Made by a program: the position numbers and the translations under genes. From Podarcis erhardii (Eukaryota): a stretch of DNA of 64,000 nt. Below are positions 52,780-64,000 of the stretch, in pieces. How positions within the stretch are numbered: the stretch's first letter is position 1; each line of letters opens with the position of its first letter. The notes beneath the pieces were generated by a model that had not been told where the DNA came from, searched no databases, and worked only from the letters and a program-made list of their open reading frames with translations. The stretch lies in the NCBI GenBank assembly GCA_964252035.1, contig OZ176202.1. The stretch is one strand, 5' to 3'.

Positions 52780-52960
52780 ATAGTGTTCATGGCTCAGTGG
52801 TAGAAAAAGTATTTTGCATGCAAAAGCTTCCAGGTTCCATCTCTAGGCTGAAGAATCTTGGGGAACAGACCTAGGAAGACTTCCTCCAGGACTTTGGAAA
52901 CTTGGTGACATACGGACTGAACTAGATTGTCCAGTGGGCACCCTAGCTTAAGGAAGCTTG
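52780..52960 (+). mobile_element. Degenerate tRNA-derived SINE (Squam2-like)
   Basis: ggctcagtggtaga...gcatgcaaaagcttccaggttcc head; same body as the copy at 1745-1915. Confidence 0.55.
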
Positions 52961-53121
52961 ACTTGTTTATTTGTAATACATCTTCTGTTATCTAATTCAG
53001 TAAGTTATAGACATTTACATGTCTTGCTTTATTTCTTTTCCAGGTTTAGGATGATTCTTTTGAGTGAGGTAGGAAAGCCAGAATTTCATAATATTCCAAA
53101 TGTCAGCATGTAATGGATGTA

Positions 53122-53468
53122 CAGTGGTGCCTCGCAAGACGAAATTAATCCGTTCCGTGAGGCTCTTCGTATAGCGGTTTTTTCATCTTGCGAAGCAAGC
53201 CCATTGACAGCTTAGCGGATTAGCGCTATTAGCGGTTTAGAGGCTTTTAGCGGATCAGCCGATAAGCGGCTTATCAGCGGATCAGCAGATAAGTGGCTTA
53301 GGGCTTAGGAAAAGGGGGGGGGAACCCCGCAGGAACTCGCAAGACATTTTCGTCTTGCGAAGCAAGCCTATAGGGAGATTCGTTTTGCGAAGCGCCTCCA
53401 AAACGGAAAACCCTTTCGTCTAGCGGGTTTTCCGTCTTGCGAGGCGTTCGTCTTGCGGGGCACCACTG
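53122..53468. mobile_element. Tc1/mariner (Tigger-like) MITE
   Basis: TA-cagtggtgcctcgcaagacgaa ... ttcgtcttgcggggcaccactg-TA. Confidence 0.9.
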
Positions 53469-53472
53469 TATA

Positions 53473-53724
53473 TAGTCGTACCTTGGATCCTGAATGCCTT
53501 GGTACTTGTCCATTTTGGCTCCCAAAAATGCCGCAAACCCGGAAGTGAGTGTTCCAGTGTGCGAACACTCTTTGGAACCCGAACAACTGACAGGGTTTCC
53601 GCAGTTTCTGATTGGCTGCAGGAGCTTCCTGCAGCCAATTGGAATCTGTACCTTGGTTTCCGAACGTTTTGGAAGTTGAATGGACTTCTGGAACAGATTC
53701 CGTTCGACTTCTGAGGTACCACTG
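53473..53724. mobile_element. Second Tc1/mariner MITE directly adjacent
   Basis: TA-tagtcgtaccttgg ... gaggtaccactg-TA. Confidence 0.8.
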
Positions 53725-55269
53725 TAATGGCATTAAGATGATTATATACACCCTGGGGAGGTAATTTCGATTGAACAGATATTTGCTGTTCAATCTCTTT
53801 CAAAAAGTTCTTAACGCTGAACTTACCATTTTGCTACTGTATACTTGTGAGCTTAACTTTCTACCAAGACTAGAAACTTTCTACAAAAACTAGTTTTTGC
53901 TCATTAATAACTTATCTACAAGCTTTACAGAACAAGCTGTACCTGCAACAGAAGGTTGCTGGGTAGAGTACTCCTGTTCAGGTTCTTGCCAGTTAGCAAT
54001 GTACTCTTCCTTCCATCCCTTCTCTCCTAGTTTTCCATTCTTCCCCTTGTTGGATATTCTGTGTGTGAGAGAATAATTTGTTCCAGAAACAGAAGTTTCA
54101 AGCAGCAGCAGAAGGCTGAGATTGTTTTGTCTATGTAAGGACACGCACAGGAGGAACTGATAACAATGGTTCTGTGAAACTTCTTTTAACTTGTTCAGTC
54201 TCTTGCTCGCGACTTGTGGTGAGAGCAGTGAGTCTTGGACTCTTGTTGAACTCTAAGCATGCCTTGACCACAACAGTGGTAAACGTCTGTATATATTTGC
54301 TACCAGTATGCTTTTGTCTGTCAAGTAAACCTCTGCACTTGACTGAATCTTTATGACGTCAATGAGCACTTATTGCCTACCGTGTGTACCTTCAAACCTG
54401 AAGATGCTTCCAAGGAAGGAGCTGCGTTGAGATGTAACGGCCAAGTATAGATACACACACAGCAAAACTGATGCTGGACCCAATCCTTCTAAATCACCCA
54501 TCAGAGGTTGATGGATTGATCCAACACCTCTCACACATTCTATGGTCACTAACTGTGCTCAGTCCTCACTGTGTGGTTTTTTGAGGCGTCCTCCCTTTGT
54601 CTCCCACCCAAATCTTAGCATTTCCCAGACTATGTTGCTATTTCCCTCTTGTTTCTTGCAATTCTTTTTTTTAATGCTCTGAACAATAAAAGATCTACAT
54701 ATGTAGTAAACTGAAAACAGAGAAAGCTACACTTAATCTTTCTTCTGTGTGTTCTGACCACTGCATGCAAGGATGAATGTGTGCATTTTTACAAAAAATG
54801 GGGGAAAGCAAATAAATAAATCCACTCTACAGTCTGAACTGCAACAGTAGCCCAGCATCTTACTCTCTTATTCCCTATGTGCAGATCTACAATAAAACTG
54901 GGATCTCATGTCTTCTCAGTGGTGTGACATGCCTGGGATCATACAGGAGGAGAAGTCCATGCTGCAACTCTTTCCCACAATAGCCTCAACCCTCAAACAT
55001 TGTGCTAATGTCGCAGGGGGCATTATTGCCAGATGAGCCCTCCTGTATGGTTCTGAACTTCACATCCAACCTGGCACTGTGAGGAACAGCAGTGTGGAAG
55101 CAGGTTCCTGCAGTGTGGAACAAAACTAAGAACCCAATCCTAGATAAACTGTGTTGCTTTGGGCAAGTCACTATTCCCCTATGCGAAACACTCTGCTATG
55201 CTGGTGTGCACAGTACTTATGAAGTGTGTGTGTGTGTATGTTTTTATTTGTTTGAAAAAGGGAATGACA

Positions 55270-57427
55270 AGGAACTTCATGTGTTTTATTGAAAATAATA
55301 TCTTAAGTTATGAAATAACAATAATGCTATTTCCAACACAAAATTGTATAATTGCTCATGAAGTGAAATGTGGTTTTACTGCCACCACAGTTACTTAATA
55401 CAATGTTTGTACCATGTAACAGACATCACAGCTAGTACTATACACTTAAACACAAATTATAGGTTCCCAAACATTACTACACAATGCAAATGTAAGATAT
55501 TATAAAATACAAAATATTTTCAGAATACCTTCTGTTACTTGGGTTAGACAAGCCAATAATTATTTTATACTCAATAGTTCAATAGTTTCAGGGGCTCAGA
55601 ACTTTAAAATGTTTGAAGAAGGTGTCTTCTACATTAATCTCATAATACAATGACAGTTTGAAAATATATAATGTAGCAAGATTCTTACACTACAAATATT
55701 ACTGTTTTAAGGGTTTCACAAAAATGTTTTGACTACACATGAAAAGCATGTGCTTAACAACTTATATTACAGTATTACAAAATGACTTTATATAACCAAT
55801 TATCACTTTTTAAATTTCCATTACGTATTATTAGACTGCTTTCTACTAAACATTGGTCACAATCCAGTGACTGACAATGTGATAATTATCCACTTTGCAA
55901 ATGCTGAGAGACCACTGTACAGGATCAAAGGCTGTATCTTACACATACAGCAGAATGTTTTCATAGAGTGAACTGTACTAATTCTGGTTTGTAGATAAAT
56001 CACATTTTGAATGTTCCCTTATGTTAAACACTCCCTACCAATAGAAGGTAAGTACAACAGGGAGTAGATTGTAGCCAAACTATTTGCCTGATATGACTTT
56101 CTATTTTCATTGCCTTTGGGAATTAAAAAAGCAGGGAGAGCGTTCAAAAGTGGTATTGCCCATATGAAGCAGTACAATCTAATCCAGCCCTTTACTTATA
56201 CCTCATTCTGCTGCGTATTCAGACCAGACTGAAATGCATCCCATCCCAACACACTGCCAAATCTGCATGCACAGCCTGTACGTTAGTGAAGGAAAGGAAA
56301 GGCTATCTGGGGACTCCTTCCCCCTCTTGCCTATCATCTATTTGGCAAGAAAATTGAGTTCCAAAAGCTTGAATGTGCTTGGAGATCTATAGATTGGGAT
56401 TTCGATAGAAGTTAATTAAGATCAGTTAGCACTTCTCTTTCAACATGGAGCCCCAAATGGAAATAAATTGCTAGGCTTTTAAATATAAATTATTTTTGAA
56501 AAAACATATACTCGGAAGGATGTGAGATTCCAACTACCCTATGTTATACAAAATTTCCCATACTAGCCTGCTAATGTACTTCTCTAATCTGAAACAATTA
56601 GACCACCTGAATTTGAAATGGCATTTCAAACTCAACACACACATTATAATGCCTCCCTCAGCACCCCCACCCTCAACAAAAGACCCTAATTACCCAAAGA
56701 ACATACAAGAACAGCAGACTCAGATTTGAACTGGTTATTCTTGGTATGACAATAAAGCAGGCAGAAAAATAATGCCAAAGAAAACAGCAAAATGAAGTAA
56801 AACAACCTGTAGCTGCATCTAATTCATGTCACGTTAAAACGAATAGCAAAAGGCTACTTGTTGAGCAGCTCTGCCCTTTTCCAGGTGTAGATATGCAGAA
56901 CAAGCCTTGCTTGCACTACAATATCTACAAAAGCACTATGCGAGAGCCAAGGAGGGCATGGCTGAATGGCTCTGCCTCTATCCCCACATTAAACAGGAGG
57001 AAACCTCTCATACAGCTTCTATCCAGCACAATGTTAAACTGACATTAGGTTCTGCCAACTGAAAGAACATGGAGCAAAGGGCAATTACAATTCTGATAAG
57101 GAAAGCTGATTGGTCTTTCAGCAGCTGAAGTTACATCACTGCCAGGACTAACGACAGCTTGCATGGATGCAGGGAGCTTAACTTGGGCACAGGATCGCCT
57201 ACTATTGGGTTCCAAGTACAGGGAAATAGAATCTAGACTAGGTAAATGTTTCTTTAAAAATAAAAAATAAATTCTTAAAAGGAGTTCTGCACACTGAAGC
57301 AGGGACTGAAAGGGCACATAGCAAGACCTCTCTTTTATCAGTTACCTTACATATCATATAAGCTTTGGACAATTTCTGTTCTCCTTATTTTGTGCTCATA
57401 AAAAACGGTGTTAAAGAAATAGAGGCA
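55270..57427 (-). other. SRSF12: Probable long SRSF12 3' UTR
   Basis: AU-rich tract, especially 55300-56000; minus-strand AATAAA at 55285-55290. The end point is inferred and other sites are possible. Confidence 0.45.
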
Positions 57428-57835
<408 letters not shown>

Positions 57836-57983
57836 TTAAGGAACATTGTAACCCAAACAGTTTGCTTAATTTGTTTGAGGTACTGTTTGTTTGTTTTTGT
57901 AACGGTATTGTATGCCAAAAGTACCCCAAAACTTTAAAAGGAAAATTTAAAGAGTAGTTTTGAGGATTCCCATGGTTTATGCT

Positions 57984-58030
57984 TCTATTCTATTCTATTC
58001 TATTCTATTCTATTCTATTCTATTCTATTC
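57984..58030. repeat. (TATTC)n pentanucleotide microsatellite in an SRSF12 intron
   Basis: About 9 perfect units, direct observation. Confidence 0.95.
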
Positions 58031-58546
58031 TTTCAGACTGGAATAACAAGCTATTAAAAATTATCTATGCATTGTTACTATCTCAGACAAAATCTACTTT
58101 GTCTCAAAACTTTATTTTTTCAAACCTGGTGCAACAAGAATGAGCTCACTAGGAGTCAGTCAGCAAGATGATTTTAATACTTACATTTTAATCCAACATT
58201 TCAAATGCAGTGCCAGAATTTTGAAGCTATACTACCTTACTGCCTGCCTGCCTGCCTGAGAATAGCCAGCCACACAGCACAATTCTATGCATTTCTACTC
58301 AGCTGTAAGCCCCACTGCATTCAATGGGATTTATTACCAGATAAACAAGTACAGTATTACCTGTACAGTATTAGTGTTCAAATTATTTACAAAGGAGCCA
58401 GGATGACTGAACCTTTGCAGGACCAGCTCAAGTTTACCTTATCCTCACTGGTTACCATCACTGTTGTTCACAAATATTCTCCTGGAACATAATACACACA
58501 ATCATTAGTATGCAATTGAATTTTTGTCTCATGATCCTCAGACTTA

Positions 58547-58696
<150 letters not shown>

Positions 58697-58878
58697 TTAA
58701 AGCAGAACTGGAAGATCGCAAGAAAACTGCAGCTTCTTACATACTGAGCATGCATGCAATTTAAAAAACTAGAGTTTATAAGCTTGTGCCTGTTTTATTT
58801 TTCAATCTTAAGAGATACGAAAGGCAACTATCTTAAAGAAATGCTTTGCAGAATAAGTAAGTGACAAGGTGGTGTTCA

Positions 58879-60855
<1,977 letters not shown>

Positions 60856-62547
60856 TTAGCAATACCTAGCTGCAGCAGACTCATCTTGTGTATTAAGACT
60901 ATTAAAGACACACTTTCAATAATTCTATCAGTATTGGGAATCATAGCCATAAATTTTGAACATATATAATTATTGAAACTAAAACGAGCTAGGAACTTAT
61001 TAGTATGTTTAGAGTTCACCTAAATGTATTTTTCCTGGTATTGGATCATTCGCATTGTGATTACTCTAATAGTGATTTGCAGAAATGGGGCAGACACAAA
61101 AATGAATGCCAACAATCCTGCAACTGAAAATTCTCCAAAGGCACAATTCTCTTTCTGGAACCCCTGCTTTTTTTGTCAGACTACAATATCGCTCAGGAGA
61201 TCAAACACCAGTTGAAGCACACTGTACTGAAGCACACTGTACTGAGATAAACAGGTCAACAACTTGATTGAATATAATGCCACTATTTTTTCAGCATGGG
61301 ACTGGGGCACCAGAAAATGAGTTTTCAGCTTAAAACAAATATACTAAAGATTCAGACATGGGGGGGGGGGGAAATCATGAAAGAGCACACAGAATGGAGA
61401 AGATGAATTCAGATATATTTTCCCTCACATAAGACAAACATCCTCACATAGGCAGAAGTATCAGGAGAAACAAAAGAAATAACTTTACACAATGAATAAT
61501 ATTATGCTGAATTCATTGCCACTAGATGTGGTGAGGATTACACAAACCCACAGAGAAAAGCATGCACAAATTTGCTCCTTTCTGTGAAATGAATAACTGG
61601 GAAGTAGGGGTGTCACTCCATACATATCAAAAGACTCCACACAAGTCAGTAATTATTGGGCACTTGTTAGAATGGATAACATCAGATTGTACAATATAAT
61701 ACCTAGCTTTTTAATTATATGCCTTATTCATTGGCTGGTCTTTCAATCATAGGGGGAAAGGATAATTATTTGCAATTATTTGCATATTGGGTTCTCATGC
61801 AGGAAAGAGTCTTCCACGCCCTACAAAGGAACAAAAGAAACCCTACTATGCTTGGAGAACAGGGTAAAGATTTTTTGCTAGCAGACAGATATCAATTTTG
61901 CATATGAGGGAAACAATAGTGCTGCTTTTTTGGTTTTTAGATAATGCATTGCTGTGTGATGCTGGTCTGATATTAGAAGAGGCATTCCTAATGTGAGAAA
62001 AAAGGAGGAATACCTTTTTAATATGCTGCTTGCCATTTCTATTTATAAGTACATATATTAAAGATAATGTCATGTTTTAATATTGCTGCCCAGTTAATTG
62101 GGGCACTTTTATTCAATTAAAGACTTATGAAAGTGATTCATCTAACTAATTAATGGTTTAAATGCTGCAGTCCTAGCTGTATTCTGCTATCTGAATAAAC
62201 TTTCCCTACAAAGTGCTCCCTACTGAAGAGAGGAATAATCTCATAGCTGAAAATGGGAAGACTTTTTAGCAAATATTTTTTTTAAAACCCACAAAACTAC
62301 TGAAGCCTGTCCAAGACAAAACAAAAAAATGTAGAAGGCAAGCAAATGCAATGGAGGAGAGGGCTCCATAACTTTAATAGCTAGCTGCAACTATCAAAAT
62401 TCACTGCCCTGCTTCATTCACATCTTGTCACCTTATGTGGCGTTCCATTTAATTTCATTACTGGGGTTGCAAAGTGACAGGGAAGAATTGACTGAAAACA
62501 TGCTTTTAAGTACTCAGATAAAAATAGCTAGACAGGATACATACATA

Positions 62548-63010
62548 CAGTTCAGTTGGTTAGAGCATGGTGCTGTTAATGCCAAGGTTTCAGGTTTGAT
62601 CCCTGTATGGCAGTGGTTCCCAATTAGAGGTCTGGAGAAGGCACCCAGGGGGTTCGTGGCCCCATCCCTTGCCTCCCCCTCAATTAATTTTGTTATTTTT
62701 GCATTGTAATAACAAAAAAATTATGATCTGTTTGTTTTTTAGTATACCTAAAATCCTTTGCTTATTTGGGGCCACCCCACATTTTATTCAAAAAATTGTT
62801 TTGCAGAGGTAACTACCATAGAGTTATCAAAATTTTCAAAAGTAGGGGGTCTGTGGCTTGGCTTTTGAAAAATAGGGTGTCCTGAGTAATTAGCTAAGTG
62901 GGAACCACTGCTGTATGGGACAGCTGCATATTCCTACATTGCAGGGGCTTGGACTAGACACTAGAGGATCCTCAGGCTCCCTTACAACTATCTTTCTATG
63001 ATCTATGATC
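62548..63010 (+). mobile_element. tRNA-derived SINE with CR1-type (TTCTATGA) tail, split by the hAT element
   Basis: agttcagttggttagagcatggtgctg...ggtttgatccctgtatgg [insertion] gacagctgcatattcc...ggactaga...ttctatgatctatga. Confidence 0.75.
62611..62910. mobile_element. 300-bp hAT element inserted in a SINE
   Basis: Perfect 12-bp TIRs cagtggttccca / tgggaaccactg; perfect 8-bp TSD ctgtatgg (62603-62610 and 62911-62918). Confidence 0.9.
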
Positions 63011-63244
63011 ATTTTATTTGTATGCCACCTTTCCATAGTTAAAAAACCCATTCTTAAGGTGGCTTCCAACATGAATAAATTTACATAATTACTAATATAA
63101 CAAAAGATGACAAAGACCTGGATAAATGGGTAACGCTTATGATGCAAAAGTTCTGGGCTAAATGTCTAGCTGAACATATCTCAGGCAACAGTGGTAGCAA
63201 AGGTCTCATACTACTGTGGTCCCTGACAGATAGAATAGACAGTA

Positions 63245-63470
63245 CAGTCATACCTCGGGTTACAGACGCTTCAGGTTGCGCTTTTTTGGGTTACGGACCC
63301 GCCAAAACCCAGAAGTACCGGAATGGGTTACTTCCAGGTTTCAGGGGTCACGCATGCGCAGGAGCCCTAAATTGCGTATAAGCACCGAATTGCAAGTTAC
63401 GCAGACGCGCCACTGTGGGTTGAGAACCTGCATCCCGCACGGATCACGTTCAGGATCCGAGCGTCCACTG
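63245..63470. mobile_element. Tc1/mariner MITE
   Basis: TA-cagtcatacctcggg ... tccgagcgtccactg-TA. Confidence 0.75.
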
Positions 63471-64000
63471 TACTGGCCTAGGTGGAACATAGTCTGTGGC
63501 AAACTTTCAAGCCACGTAACTATAACCCACAGGGTGCCTGTAGGACCACATCGCTTGTTGGCACCTTTCTGTCTAACAATGGAGTGCCCTTCTGGGGGTG
63601 AAATCAAAGTGCTGCGTTAGCAGCACCCAAGTGACCTCTCTGGGGCACAACCCTGGGCAGTGTGTATGGAGGTCCATGTCATCTCCTAGCAAATGCCTAG
63701 GAACCAATTCCTCCTCCTCCTCCACGCCCACAGATTAGCCAGAAAGCTACACCCTGTACCCAAGCGGTGGGCGGAGGGGGGGGGGAGAGAGAGGGAGAGA
63801 TACTGCTATAAATATCATTGCACTGGTTTTCCCAGGACAGGTTGCCCTCTGGGAACGAGATCAATTTTCATTTTCTTCCATAACAAGGAGGGTGACTAAC
63901 GTTTCAAAAAACAACCCGGGGCCTGCTTCCGTTTATACCCCGCCTTTCTGGCAAGTGGGACCGACGGCGGATAACAATGGAAACAATTTTAATTTTAAAA

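Noticed and set aside
62548-62610. tRNA gene
   Set aside because: The tRNA-like head continues into a SINE body with a CR1 tail; no intact cloverleaf or Pol III terminator.

Overview
Vertebrate nuclear DNA from a squamate, probably a lacertid lizard (inferred from Sauria/Squam-type SINEs and BovB/RTE, L2 and CR1 fragments). It is not prokaryotic, so most short ORFs in the supplied track are noise. Four genes can be reconstructed by hand from splice signals and recalled protein similarity. (1) RNGTT, mRNA capping enzyme, - strand, exons 1-8 at 30375..12569; the rest lies off the left edge. (2) BORCS6 (lyspersin), intronless and compact at 169 aa, - strand, 43797..44306. (3) PNRC1, + strand, two coding exons, head-to-head with BORCS6. 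(4) SRSF12, - strand, exons 2-5; exon 1 lies off the right edge. The RNGTT-PNRC1-SRSF12 order matches human 6q15, with BORCS6 as an extra gene. The most striking structure is the intron after SRSF12 exon 2. It has a perfect U12 (minor spliceosome) donor and branch point and a predicted non-canonical AT-AT boundary. It also contains nested major-spliceosome GT/AG sites and a 335-nt stop-containing candidate poison exon, resembling the minor/major switch described for the paralogue SRSF10. Other notable items are a second promoter-like island in the PNRC1 intron that could give a 139-aa PNRC2-sized isoform, an RTE LINE with a 67-bp flanking duplication, and many hAT and Tc1/mariner MITEs. All homology calls are from memory; no database search was run.
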